DNA of 64,000 nt. Origin: a virus. The notes under the pieces were generated by a model. That model ran no database searches. It was not told the origin of the DNA and worked only from the letters and a program-made list of their open reading frames with translations. Below are positions 9,387-19,210 of this stretch, one piece after another; positions within the stretch are counted from its first letter, which is position 1, and every line of letters starts with the position of its first letter. The position numbers and the translations under genes are program-made. The DNA lies in IMG/VR virus record IMGVR_UViG_3300023180_000018. The stretch is one strand, 5' to 3'.

Positions 9387-11521
9387 TATTTTTTCTTCTT
9401 AGAAGGTTCACTTCCGCATGAAGCTTCGTCTTGCATTTCTTTTTTAGCAATTGATTTACGACGCTTATGTAAAAATCGATCTGATTCATCTTCATCACCA
9501 TCATTGTCAACATCTTTATCTTTACGATTTTTAAATTTTTTCAATGCTTGTGATTTATCTACTAGGTCAGTATCTTCATATTTTGCTTTTTTCTTAGAAG
9601 ACATATACTTTTCTACTACTGAAGTATAATCTTTTTCTTGAGCTTGAACATTATTTTCTTTTAGCATAGAAATAAACATTTCTATTGATTCTTCTTCAAA
9701 ATAAGAATCTAAAATACTACGTAAAACTTCTTCTGGTACACAATTTGGCACTTCTTTTCCTCCTTTCTTTTTTGTACCTACCATTTCATAACCTTTCCAG
9801 CATGGATCTTTTCCTTTCATTTTTTTATTTCCTTCTTCAACGCCAGTAGGTTTAACGCCAGGCTTCTTTTTATTTCCTAATCTTTGTTTTTCTCTTTCGG
9901 CCTGAGCCTTTTCAGTCTCGGTACGATTATCACGATATGTCTGTTCTTTTTGATAATGATGTTGTTTGTTTTTATTTCTATAATCAGCTACAGCATTACG
10001 AGCACCTTTATCATTTGTTCTCATGCTAGGATGTCCAAAATACGCGCGGTGATATGCATCTGCTTCTCCTTTTGCGTGTTCTTTCTTCTTATATGCCTGA
10101 GATCCAAGATATGTTGTTTTACCATTTTTATCTTTTAAATGCGCGCGGTGGCCTCCAAATTGAGATTTTTCACTACTCGACGTATAACCTTGACCGTGAG
10201 CGTGTTTAATCCTTTGCAAACCACCCTCTTCTTTAAGTCCTGATTTCTTCCATGTATCAGCTGCTTGTTTTACTGCTGCTATTCCACCTTTTGCTAATCT
10301 AATTCTTAATAATCTTTTACCTGCAGGAGGAAGTCTATCATGTAATTTCAAAGCATCAGCAGCATCTTTTTCTGATACTCTTCCAGTTTTACCCATATGA
10401 AATTCTACATCCATATTACCTTTAACATCTACTGCTTTACGTAATTGCATAATAATATTTTTATCTGCTTTATCGTATGAACCACGTGCATTTTTAGAAG
10501 GCGTAGGCTTTGCGGGAGATTTTTTCTTATCAACTACCATACCCAATTCTTGCTTAAGTGCGTCTAATCTTTTTTGCGCTTGAGGATTAGATTTTGCTCG
10601 CTTTTCTAAATTTTTTAATTTAATTTTTTGAGCAGGAGTAATATCTTCTTTTTGTACATAAAGCTTTTTCGCCGCGGCTCGCATTGCTTCACGTTGAGAT
10701 TTATATTTGCCCAGGCTTTGTCCGTCGACACTTACGCTATAATGTCCAGTGTCGGGGTAATGCTTTACTGCAACTTTTTTACCACGCATATTATATGTAT
10801 TACTATTATCTCTAAGTTCATCTAACGCTTCTTCTTCTTTCGCAAGACGATTTCTCACATTACCAAATGATTTATTTTGTGAAGCAGACTTTTGTCGTTT
10901 TTGAAGTCTTTTATCTTTTGCTGAAGCAACTGATAAAGAACTTGGACTATAATCCTTCATTTTATTTCCAAAAGCTACTTTTACGAAGTCTTTACCTACT
11001 GTCATAACTCGACCTTTTTTGCCATCTTTAGTCATTACTGTAGATCCTTCAGGAAATCTTCCTGAATTTTGTGCGATATTTTTTCTTAAAGACTCTTCCA
11101 TTTCATCTCCAGCTAAATTTTCTTTTCCTGAGATTCTATTACGTAATGCTGCTCTTATTTTAGCATCATTAGTTCTATCAACACCTTTTAATAAAGATGC
11201 TTTCTTAATTAATTTACGCATTTTAATTTTAACATCTGATGCAGTGTCTGCATCCATATAAAAACGTGGAAATCCATCGATGTCTACGCTAAATTTTGCT
11301 TCAAAAATTTTCATAGTTTGTTCTGGGCCTAAATGCTTAGCGAAAGACATTGCAACATCATCATTTTTCTTAAGAACTTTAATTTCAGCTTTCCCTGGCA
11401 TTTGACCTTTTTGTAATTTATCAACAACTCTACGTACTTTAACATCAGTACGTGCTAAAGATTCTAATTCTTTAGCAATCTTTTTTAATTTATTTTTATC
11501 TAATGCTTCTTCTATTTTCAT
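9386..11521 (-). CDS. Large Lys-rich modular protein, probable internal head protein
   Basis: Modules separated by xEE/xxE linkers; DPCWKGYEMVGTKKKGGKEVPNCVPE and DVDNDGDEDESD motifs typical of marine T4-like virion proteins. Confidence 0.6.
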   Translation of the reverse strand: MKIEEALDKNKLKKIAKELESLARTDVKVRRVVDKLQKGQMPGKAEIKVLKKNDDVAMSFAKHLGPEQTMKIFEAKFSVDIDGFPRFYMDADTASDVKIKMRKLIKKASLLKGVDRTNDAKIRAALRNRISGKENLAGDEMEESLRKNIAQNSGRFPEGSTVMTKDGKKGRVMTVGKDFVKVAFGNKMKDYSPSSLSVASAKDKRLQKRQKSASQNKSFGNVRNRLAKEEEALDELRDNSNTYNMRGKKVAVKHYPDTGHYSVSVDGQSLGKYKSQREAMRAAAKKLYVQKEDITPAQKIKLKNLEKRAKSNPQAQKRLDALKQELGMVVDKKKSPAKPTPSKNARGSYDKADKNIIMQLRKAVDVKGNMDVEFHMGKTGRVSEKDAADALKLHDRLPPAGKRLLRIRLAKGGIAAVKQAADTWKKSGLKEEGGLQRIKHAHGQGYTSSSEKSQFGGHRAHLKDKNGKTTYLGSQAYKKKEHAKGEADAYHRAYFGHPSMRTNDKGARNAVADYRNKNKQHHYQKEQTYRDNRTETEKAQAEREKQRLGNKKKPGVKPTGVEEGNKKMKGKDPCWKGYEMVGTKKKGGKEVPNCVPEEVLRSILDSYFEEESIEMFISMLKENNVQAQEKDYTSVVEKYMSSKKKAKYEDTDLVDKSQALKKFKNRKDKDVDNDGDEDESDRFLHKRRKSIAKKEMQDEASCGSEPSKKKK

Positions 11522-12060
11522 TTTAATGGTCTTTTAGTTTTTTTAAGGAGGATACTAAATCCTTCTTTGTGTTGTTGAAATTTCATCCTCATAAACTTTA
11601 CCGGATAATTTTCTAATTTTCTTAACCACCACCAATATGGTCTAACCGTAACATGAGCATTTTTTCCATTCTCTAATATAAGTTTTGCTGGAACACAACT
11701 AATACCTAAAAGTAAATACCCGTTGAGTTTAACTTTACTCATTAATTGTGTTAAAAACAAATTTAAATACTCAAGTTCAATATGTTCTAAAACATCAAAA
11801 CACATTACAAAATTTTGTGGTTCTGGTTCAACATTAAATCTTTCTACATGTGGATCGTATCCAATCCAAGGAATATCTAATCTTCTCTCTAACGCTCCTT
11901 TACCACAACCATAATCTAAAACTGTATCACGATAGTGAAGATCATTAAGAGTTACGTAAAGATCTCGTATATAAGATTTAGGACCATTTCCCCATCCCGG
12001 TTTATTTTTATGTGTATTTTTTAATACTTCTCCGTATTCATCACTCCATGTCTGTTGCAT
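11518..12060 (-). CDS. Class I SAM-dependent methyltransferase
   Basis: VLDYGCGKG motif I, GYDP, CFDVLEHI. Confidence 0.8.
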   Translation of the reverse strand: MQQTWSDEYGEVLKNTHKNKPGWGNGPKSYIRDLYVTLNDLHYRDTVLDYGCGKGALERRLDIPWIGYDPHVERFNVEPEPQNFVMCFDVLEHIELEYLNLFLTQLMSKVKLNGYLLLGISCVPAKLILENGKNAHVTVRPYWWWLRKLENYPVKFMRMKFQQHKEGFSILLKKTKRPLK

Positions 12061-12295
12061 TTTCTTCTTCCTCAGAAGAAGTTTCTACTTCGGCGTCACT
12101 GATAACATCTTGTACTTCTGCAGAAACTTCTTGGCCTAAATCTTCTGATTCTACTGGCGCGGGAATTTCTGCTGATGGAATTTCAATTCCATATTTTTGC
12201 ATTAAGCCTGCCGAATACAAATCATTTTGCTTCGATAAAACATCGTTAATTGCACTTACTAATCCTTTAGGATAATCTTTCAATGGATCACTCAT
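12041..12295 (-). CDS. Acidic hypothetical protein
   Basis: Glu-rich C-terminus, packed in operon. Confidence 0.5.
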   Translation of the reverse strand: MSDPLKDYPKGLVSAINDVLSKQNDLYSAGLMQKYGIEIPSAEIPAPVESEDLGQEVSAEVQDVISDAEVETSSEEEENATDME

Positions 12296-12297
12296 AA

Positions 12298-12735
12298 TTA
12301 TTTCACCTGTGTTGTTTTGTTTTTAGTTTGAGCGTCTTGTAATCGTGCTGAATCCAACATACGATCGTGTCGACGCTTATCATTTTTTAGTTCACGAGAA
12401 ATTCGAACTTTAGCTCTTTTTTCTGCTTCCCCTTCATTCATTACTGCCTCACCATAAAAAGCAGACTTCACTGCTCTATGAACCAACATCTTAGCTTTCT
12501 TTTCATCGGCACTATGAGACTTCATTACCATTTGAATAGCCTGATCCATATTCTGAGCAGAACCAATTACTCTAAGAATTTTTTCATTTTGGGCAGATCT
12601 TTTCTTACCTTCATTTATTTTAGATTTTTTCTTTTTATCAGGATGTCCTTTTCCACCATCTGCTTTCGCAGCATGGACAGCTTTTCTTTGGGCATCTGAT
12701 ACATAACCTTCTACAAATTCGTTAAAAGTTTTCAT
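12298..12735 (-). CDS. Probable internal head protein with capsid-targeting N-terminus
   Basis: Starts MKTFNEFVE, resembling the T4 internal-protein targeting sequence (MKTYQEFIAE-type). Confidence 0.55.
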   Translation of the reverse strand: MKTFNEFVEGYVSDAQRKAVHAAKADGGKGHPDKKKKSKINEGKKRSAQNEKILRVIGSAQNMDQAIQMVMKSHSADEKKAKMLVHRAVKSAFYGEAVMNEGEAEKRAKVRISRELKNDKRRHDRMLDSARLQDAQTKNKTTQVK

Positions 12736-14285
12736 TAGTTACAATTCCATCTCTTTAGTGACATAGCCTTACGTGTCGGCCTACCCTTTTCATCTTTCAT
12801 AGGTCCTTCCATACCACTCATACGGGCACAAAAAGACTTACGCCTTTTAGCCGCTTTACTACCAGCTTTTAATTTACTTGGCTTGGTAGTTACAGCGGTT
12901 TGCAATTTACTACCAGGATTTTTTCTACGATAAGCATCTACGCCTTTCTTCGTTAAACCAGCACCGTCTTCAGTAGGTCTCTTGTGACCCTTTGAATCAT
13001 CTCCTCTTTTATTTGGCTTATCATCTTCACTAATAGCTAATTCATAATTCAGATTATTGAAAGCGTATTGTTCTTCGTCTAAATGCGTATTCGTAGGATC
13101 CCATTCTTTTTTATAATTAATATAGATGTCTCTGATATCTTCATATGCAATGTTATACTTATCAGCTTTTTTACGAAGATTTTTTTCTACATTTTGACTA
13201 ATAGTTTTAATGTGTAATTCATTTACCATCGACATTAAAGCATCATAATCTAAACTTTCTTTTTTAGGACCATCAGTTACTCTAGAAACTTTTCCTTTAC
13301 CACCTTTAGCTTTACGTAATCTTTCTACTTCTGCTTTACGAACTTTTGGTAATAATCTTTTTGCTAGTCTTCCAATCAATGCTTTTTTCTTTTCAACCTT
13401 TTTGTCTACTTCTATCCTTGCACTGATTGGTAAGTTTTTATAATTAGCACCACGAGAGCCTGCTAGTTTAGCTCTTAAAATATCTCGTGCTTTTCTTCTT
13501 GATCTAGTTTGTAGTTTTTCGGGGCGGGCCATGCGAGTTTTCGCAATACGTCGACCGCGCTTAATTTTGCCGGCAATACGACGCATAATAATTTTTTTCT
13601 TCATTCTTTGCTGCAATGTTAAAGTTTCATCTAAAGATAATTCTTCAGAAATACCCATTGCTGATCTAATCTTATTATACATTTCTTTTGATTCTTGATT
13701 TGACATTTTCCTAGGTAATCCTTTCTTATACTCAGAGAATTGACCAGAGACAGCTAATTGTCTAAGCTTAGACGCTGACATACCTGATACATCATCTGCA
13801 TCAGGATCTCGTTCTCCAGCTGAAACAACCTTAATAGACTTAAATTTAAAATCTTTATTATTATATTTATTTACAATTCTGGTAAACTCTGTAACTCTAT
13901 CGCTTCCAACAACAATAGTAACATTATCAAAAGTGTTTTGTATTTCTTTTAAAACGTCAAATATTGTTTTAGAATTAGAACGCTTTACAATATCACCAAA
14001 AGCTTTTTGTGTATATTTAAGCTTATCGTTATATGATAAAGGATTCTTTTTCTTATCTTGAGAATGGGATAGATATAAATGAGGTTGCGCTTTCTTTGAA
14101 CGCGCTATTGATGTTATCTTATCAACTAATTTTTGATGTCCAATTGTAGGAGGATTCATTCTTCCAAACGAAAGGACTACGGCAGACCCGATTTCTTCGG
14201 ATATCAACGAAGTGTCGGTTTTGACATCTGTGATGGTACGCCCTTGACCATCAGTTTGAGGAGTAATTATCTTTTTTTCTTTCAT
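12735..14285 (-). CDS. HxGH-type cytidylyltransferase-like domain fused to basic virion-protein modules
   Basis: FGRMNPPTIGHQKL, KKNPL, VVGSDRV, SAGERDPDADDVSGMSASKLR; C-terminal GLTKKGVDAYRRKNPGSKL...RRKSFCARM module. Confidence 0.8.
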   Translation of the reverse strand: MKEKKIITPQTDGQGRTITDVKTDTSLISEEIGSAVVLSFGRMNPPTIGHQKLVDKITSIARSKKAQPHLYLSHSQDKKKNPLSYNDKLKYTQKAFGDIVKRSNSKTIFDVLKEIQNTFDNVTIVVGSDRVTEFTRIVNKYNNKDFKFKSIKVVSAGERDPDADDVSGMSASKLRQLAVSGQFSEYKKGLPRKMSNQESKEMYNKIRSAMGISEELSLDETLTLQQRMKKKIIMRRIAGKIKRGRRIAKTRMARPEKLQTRSRRKARDILRAKLAGSRGANYKNLPISARIEVDKKVEKKKALIGRLAKRLLPKVRKAEVERLRKAKGGKGKVSRVTDGPKKESLDYDALMSMVNELHIKTISQNVEKNLRKKADKYNIAYEDIRDIYINYKKEWDPTNTHLDEEQYAFNNLNYELAISEDDKPNKRGDDSKGHKRPTEDGAGLTKKGVDAYRRKNPGSKLQTAVTTKPSKLKAGSKAAKRRKSFCARMSGMEGPMKDEKGRPTRKAMSLKRWNCN

Positions 14286-14286
14286 A

Positions 14287-14362
14287 GTTTCCGGAGATTG
14301 CCTTAGCCTTATCCAAACAAATACAGGTCTGCCATAGCCTAAACTGTATTAAAGTATTTATC
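14287..14362 (-). promoter_or_regulatory. Late-type promoter variant (GATAAATA) followed by a twin-hairpin 5' leader
   Basis: GATAAATA at 14355-14362; two stems with loops AGGCTATGGC and AGGCTAAGGC. Confidence 0.45.
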
Positions 14363-15164
14363 AAATTTTGTATTTTAAGAATTCATCATAATCGGTTATT
14401 AAGTTATAACCAATAAGTTCTTTTATAAAATGTGGATTTAAAATAGAATTTATTTTTTCTATAACATGCCAATCTAATTTAATTTTAAAGTTAGCATAAT
14501 AATCTCTTCTTTCTTGAGTAAAATCATTTGATTGACTTACTTTACCAGGTATGCTAATTTCGTCCATTGGTCTTTCGTAACGTACACCCCAATGCGGCAA
14601 TGCTTTTGACAAAAAACTATGCGCGCCATATTTCGTATTAGTAATTATATCTTCGTATTTAAATGTTTGTATGTTTTTACGTTGCGAAAATTCCCACCAC
14701 CATATAGTGTGTTCTTGCCATAATCTAATAGCTTCCGCTATGTTAATATCATTTCTCGAAAATAAATTCCATTCATCTTGGTTTTGTCTATTTTTCCTAG
14801 TGACTCTAGGATATGTTTTTTTGATATCGACTTGCTTATCAGTTATACTATAAGCCCAAGCATAAGGATGCTTAACTAGATGTAATACTTTTAATTCACC
14901 ACTATCTATTTTATCTACTAACTTTTGGAAACTAAAATCTACGTTACTGGGATTGGGTCCAGGTATTCCATTTGGACTATCTAATGCCCAAGCGTGTTTC
15001 CAAAATCCACCATTTCTATATGTATTTCTACAATTGCCATTATAACCGCCAGTTAAGTTTTGCTTAATTAATGCTTCAACAAAATTAGTACCACTTCGTT
15101 GAATGCCTGCAACGACAAACGCAACTTCTTCTTTTGCCATTCTATTCCCTACTACTTTTCCCAA
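14361..15164 (-). CDS. Sulfotransferase-like protein
   Basis: GIQRSGTNF (5'-PSB-like), WKH, VKHPYAW (3'-PB-like), KYED. Confidence 0.65.
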   Translation of the reverse strand: MGKVVGNRMAKEEVAFVVAGIQRSGTNFVEALIKQNLTGGYNGNCRNTYRNGGFWKHAWALDSPNGIPGPNPSNVDFSFQKLVDKIDSGELKVLHLVKHPYAWAYSITDKQVDIKKTYPRVTRKNRQNQDEWNLFSRNDINIAEAIRLWQEHTIWWWEFSQRKNIQTFKYEDIITNTKYGAHSFLSKALPHWGVRYERPMDEISIPGKVSQSNDFTQERRDYYANFKIKLDWHVIEKINSILNPHFIKELIGYNLITDYDEFLKYKI

Positions 15165-16381
15165 CCCTTAATCACCTCAGGTGAAAAGTTAGCGTAGGAA
15201 AATTCCATTCTATCTACTATCTTCACCGCATCATTTGTAAGATGATCTATAGCAACAAATCCTTCTTGATTAGTAACTTTAAATCCTTTGCGCGTTTTAA
15301 GAAAAGTACCAATGTTACTAGCATGATTCATTTTATCTACGATCAATTGTTTAGCGTCTACCAATAGATTCATCAATTCAAAGATTAATTGTATTTGAGA
15401 CGCATTATATTTAGTAAATACCGATAATGCTTGTTTTTGTTTTTCTGCAATCTTATCTTTAGCAGCTTGTGTTTTTCTCTTAGACATTTCTTTTTTATAA
15501 TAATCTATAATATAATTACTTAAAAGACGAGCATGAGTTTTAGGATTAATTTTTTTCTGTTGCCTAACAAACGTATTATTAAATGTTTTTGTACGCATAT
15601 GTAATTCTTCATTTGTACTAAACTCATTTAATAATGCAGCAGGAATTTTATTAAATATGCGGCCGGCCTGAGATAAAATTGAAGTTACTTGATTTGTTTC
15701 AGCTACCGTGAATGTAGCATTGCCAGAAAGATCTTGATAAGTGGCATCCATCTGCCAAATTTTAGGAGATTGTTTAAACTTACTTGTAATGTTTTTTGCA
15801 AATGCAGCAGACATTGTTTCAAAAGATTTGCCAGTATATGTAGTATGCCAAACAATTCCTATATCAGCAGCTAATAATTGACGTGCTGCAGGCGTTCCCG
15901 CGGGAACCGCATACATGATAGTATTAGGTTGGAACGTAATATAATTTACGCCATCAATTTTAGTTTTACTAAGATCACCTTTGGTAAACATCAAGTCGCC
16001 TTGATAAACTCCAGACTTAACGCCTAAAGTAGAAAAGCTATTGAACGCTTGTATTAGTTTTGCCTGAAGATCTCCAGAAGTATCTGCTTTAACGTCTTCA
16101 ACACTTTTATAAACTTTAGGATTCTTATTGAATACGCCTTTTTTAGCAACAAAGAATTTTCCGTCCGAAGGATCCACACCGACGAATACAGCGGGTGCAC
16201 CATCCCACTTGACAGTGCGTGATATTTGAGTCCTAGAATGACCGGCCAACATATCTCGTAAATCACGTAAAAAATTAATCGCTTTTCTAGTTCCATTAAC
16301 TCCTTCATTGAAGATTAGATCTTCAACATGTTCCATGTGAGTATTTTTAGCTTCGATAAGATATGAATTAAATTTTAACAT
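15152..16381 (-). CDS. DUF6267-like protein with ligase/nucleotidyltransferase-type motifs
   Basis: KNTHMEHVEDL, VKWDGAPAVF (KxDG), YQGDLMF, EGFVAID, VKIVDRMEFS. Confidence 0.7.
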   Translation of the reverse strand: MLKFNSYLIEAKNTHMEHVEDLIFNEGVNGTRKAINFLRDLRDMLAGHSRTQISRTVKWDGAPAVFVGVDPSDGKFFVAKKGVFNKNPKVYKSVEDVKADTSGDLQAKLIQAFNSFSTLGVKSGVYQGDLMFTKGDLSKTKIDGVNYITFQPNTIMYAVPAGTPAARQLLAADIGIVWHTTYTGKSFETMSAAFAKNITSKFKQSPKIWQMDATYQDLSGNATFTVAETNQVTSILSQAGRIFNKIPAALLNEFSTNEELHMRTKTFNNTFVRQQKKINPKTHARLLSNYIIDYYKKEMSKRKTQAAKDKIAEKQKQALSVFTKYNASQIQLIFELMNLLVDAKQLIVDKMNHASNIGTFLKTRKGFKVTNQEGFVAIDHLTNDAVKIVDRMEFSYANFSPEVIKGWEK

Positions 16382-16387
16382 GTTACT

Positions 16388-16416
16388 ATTCTACACTATT
16401 TTTATGAAAAAGTACA
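16388..16416 (-). promoter_or_regulatory. Sigma70-type promoter
   Basis: TGTACT-17 nt-TAGAAT; spacer nearly identical to the promoter at 43685. Confidence 0.55.
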
Positions 16417-16458
16417 CCATTTTTTTAGACTGTTTTATTATATACTTATTCTTTTTTG

Positions 16459-17415
16459 TTATATACTTTGTGTCGTTCCGACAATTTTTCCAGCTGGAAA
16501 TACACCAATCCTTGCATTTCCTACAAACAATCCAGCGACACGTGCCCCTCGGTCACTCGTATATCTAGCAAAATAAATACATTCATATCCACCGCTTTTA
16601 GGTATATCCCCGTTCTTTCCTTTATGATTAGATTTTATTTCGTAAACTTTACCACTCTTTTTTAGAGTCATACTTCCCTGGTGGAATTCATCGACATTTT
16701 CAATTCCGCGGGCTGCACCATAATTAACACCATAAATTGATTTAGTAATAATAGAATTATCTTTTACTAATCTCGCAACCGAACTTTTTGGGGGTAAACC
16801 ATTAGGAAATTTTTTAGCGCAATCCTTCATAAATTTCTTAACTTCAGTACTACTATTAAATGTAGAGTCTGATAATCCACCATATTGTTGAAAATCACTT
16901 GGCTTTCTTCCAGCTTTGTGTGATAACCAACCAGTTTGATTACCATCGACATCAACAATACTAAAATCAGATTTTGGTGCTCGTCTACCAGTTTGAGGCG
17001 TACTTATAATTCCTGCGCAATTTATAATTCTTCCACCACATCTTAATCTTATACTAGATGTTTTTTCAATTTCAAATACGGCGTTTAATTTACCTTTAAA
17101 TTCAGTTAAATAAAAATCTTCTGCCGCTGTGCCTGAACCAGCGCCTTTGCCACCAAATTCTGGTGTTTTAAAAAATTCTTTTGGATATTCAACAACAACT
17201 GGTCCTCCACCAACTACTTTACCTTTAAACGAACCGCTGTAACCAGGAATATCCATTGCAGCATATAAACCATCAAATTGTTTTTTATCAAAGATAACGC
17301 TACCTTTAGCTGTAAAAAACTCAGTACCGTCTTTAATTTTTGCTACAAAAATTTTTAATCTTTCGCCGCCACGTTTACGCAAATCATTGTGTTGTAAAAC
17401 TTTATATTCGGCCAT
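16459..17415 (-). CDS. Hypothetical protein, possible PD-(D/E)xK nuclease-like fold
   Basis: PKSDF...LSHKAG...FQQYGG pattern; TATAAATA upstream. Confidence 0.45.
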   Translation of the reverse strand: MAEYKVLQHNDLRKRGGERLKIFVAKIKDGTEFFTAKGSVIFDKKQFDGLYAAMDIPGYSGSFKGKVVGGGPVVVEYPKEFFKTPEFGGKGAGSGTAAEDFYLTEFKGKLNAVFEIEKTSSIRLRCGGRIINCAGIISTPQTGRRAPKSDFSIVDVDGNQTGWLSHKAGRKPSDFQQYGGLSDSTFNSSTEVKKFMKDCAKKFPNGLPPKSSVARLVKDNSIITKSIYGVNYGAARGIENVDEFHQGSMTLKKSGKVYEIKSNHKGKNGDIPKSGGYECIYFARYTSDRGARVAGLFVGNARIGVFPAGKIVGTTQSI

Positions 17416-17434
17416 GCGAATACCTTAAATATTT

Positions 17435-18148
17435 TTATATATTTATAAAAATATCATTTAATACAGGCAAGGGATCGACCAGCGGCCGCTTTGGAGGTGT
17501 TTTAATATTAAAGTTTAAAGTATATCTATTTTCATTTTTATTATTTGAAATATACTTATGATAACCATTTGCATCATTATTTAAAAATATAAATGCACGA
17601 TTTTTTTTCCATTCTATTTCTTCTATCTCGTTACCATCTTTATCACACAATATAGTTCCTTGATTTTCGTCATTCAAATAAACCACAACAGATAATATTT
17701 TAACATAAAGATCTATATGAGGAGGATATTTGTATCCATAACCAGCAGACGCTAAAGACATATACATACGTGTAGTTGGAACATTATACTGTTTAGGTAA
17801 TAGCTGAAAAAGAAAATCATATATAGTTTTTTGATATTCATCAAATAATCTGTACAAATATAATTGTGCGTTTGCTTGTTCTTTATTTGCTTTTAAAAAT
17901 TTTGACAACTTTGATTTATTAATCTCTGTACATTTATTAAGACCATTACGTTGATCATGCTGTTTGAAAGCCTGGCCCAATCTTGTTCTTTCATCTTTTG
18001 AATTTAAAGACGACATAAAATCTGCGTCTATACTCATTATTCTTTGAACTTGATGTGGGGCCTGGAAAAACTTTAATGTTTTACAAAAATTTAAAGCTTC
18101 ATTTAACTCTTTTTGTGATAGAAAATCATCGACAATAATGTATTGCAT
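17435..18148 (-). CDS. 2OG-Fe(II) oxygenase family protein
   Basis: IVDDFL, PHID, LSVVVYL, GT, IEWKKNRAFIF, HKY, RYTLNFN. Confidence 0.8.
   Translation of the reverse strand: MQYIIVDDFLSQKELNEALNFCKTLKFFQAPHQVQRIMSIDADFMSSLNSKDERTRLGQAFKQHDQRNGLNKCTEINKSKLSKFLKANKEQANAQLYLYRLFDEYQKTIYDFLFQLLPKQYNVPTTRMYMSLASAGYGYKYPPHIDLYVKILSVVVYLNDENQGTILCDKDGNEIEEIEWKKNRAFIFLNNDANGYHKYISNNKNENRYTLNFNIKTPPKRPLVDPLPVLNDIFINI
17440..17447 (-). promoter_or_regulatory. T4-type late promoter
   Basis: TATAAATA 25 nt upstream of the ATG at 17415. Confidence 0.6.
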
Positions 18149-18151
18149 AAT

Positions 18152-18709
18152 TTATACGTACACAAACCATTCTGGTACTTCACGCTTTGACCATACCATA
18201 TTGAAGCGATGCTGCTTAGTTTGATAAAACATACGATAAGATTTGACAGGATCGTTAGGGAACATACATTCCGGATTAGATTTCATTGCCAATGGAAAAG
18301 GCGTTTGACCAAGAGTTCTAGGTATATTACGAGGAGGAGTTTTGAGAGGTTCACGCAATAGCTGATCAGTTAGATGTAATTTGCCATAACGATGAGTGTA
18401 TTCGTCGCAGAGAGCAACGAAGTGTTTGTAATGCCAATTGTAATTAGCTAAGGTTTCACGAGTCCATACTGTACACGGATGATTGAAATGAACGGCTTTG
18501 TAAAATAGTTCTTCGCTATCATCTTCTAATTCATAGTATTTTACCATAGTCTTACCAGACTTAGATGGTTTCCTAGTTTCAAAGCCATCAAGCATACGAT
18601 GAGCAGTGCAAAGCATTTGAGCAGATTCGACAATCATTTTAGGTACATGTTTGTCGCACTGTTGTTCAGCAGCACACACGGGACAATAATCAAGGATAAA
18701 TAAATTCAT
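18152..18709 (-). CDS. Pyrimidine-dimer DNA glycosylase/endonuclease V family protein
   Basis: MNLFILD...CDKHVPKMIVESAQMLCTAH, HFNHPCTVW, EYTHRYGKLH, YRMFY, W...PEWF. Confidence 0.8.
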   Translation of the reverse strand: MNLFILDYCPVCAAEQQCDKHVPKMIVESAQMLCTAHRMLDGFETRKPSKSGKTMVKYYELEDDSEELFYKAVHFNHPCTVWTRETLANYNWHYKHFVALCDEYTHRYGKLHLTDQLLREPLKTPPRNIPRTLGQTPFPLAMKSNPECMFPNDPVKSYRMFYQTKQHRFNMVWSKREVPEWFVYV

Positions 18710-18873
18710 TATCTATTTCTATAAGCTAACTTACTGTTATATAAACTATAAACGCGTTTATTAGTTACTAACTGGTATCCAGAAAAATCTAATATTTCTT
18801 CTAATTTATTTTTTTCTAAGAATTCTTTAAAGTCAGTTAAACTATTCCACTTTTTTTCTAAGTAATCATCCAT
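18709..18873 (-). CDS. Small hypothetical protein (54 aa)
   Basis: Manual translation MDDYLEKKWNSLTDFKEFLEK...; fills the gap and is coupled to the next gene. Confidence 0.45.
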   Translation of the reverse strand: MDDYLEKKWNSLTDFKEFLEKNKLEEILDFSGYQLVTNKRVYSLYNSKLAYRNR

Positions 18874-19061
18874 AATATTAATACTACCATAAGTATAAGA
18901 AAAAGTAAACCACTAAATCCATAAAAAATAGCTTTTATAATAAAGCCGCCAAAATTAGCTAGAGCCATAAAACATAAACCAATTGCAAAAGAAATAATTG
19001 CTAGTTTAAATATGAAAGTAGCTGCTAACCAAGCAAAAATAATATAATCTATTTCTTCCAT
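18858..19061 (-). CDS. Small two-TM membrane protein
   Basis: Almost entirely hydrophobic 67 aa. Confidence 0.5.
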   Translation of the reverse strand: MEEIDYIIFAWLAATFIFKLAIISFAIGLCFMALANFGGFIIKAIFYGFSGLLFLILMVVLILWMIT

Positions 19062-19210
19062 GATTGTTGATATCTATATTCACGTCTTAACCACCATTTG
19101 TATTTTTTGAAATACTCAGCAGCATCATAACATGGAGGTTTGCCTTCCCAAGATTCTGTTTCTAATTTATGTTCTTCCCACATTTGTAATAACCAGGTTC
19201 TAAAATCCAT
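19049..19210 (-). CDS. Small hypothetical protein (53 aa)
   Basis: Manual translation MDFRTWLLQMWEEHK...EYFQKYKWWLRREY; start overlaps upstream stop. Confidence 0.55.
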   Translation of the reverse strand: MDFRTWLLQMWEEHKLETESWEGKPPCYDAAEYFKKYKWWLRREYRYQQSWKK

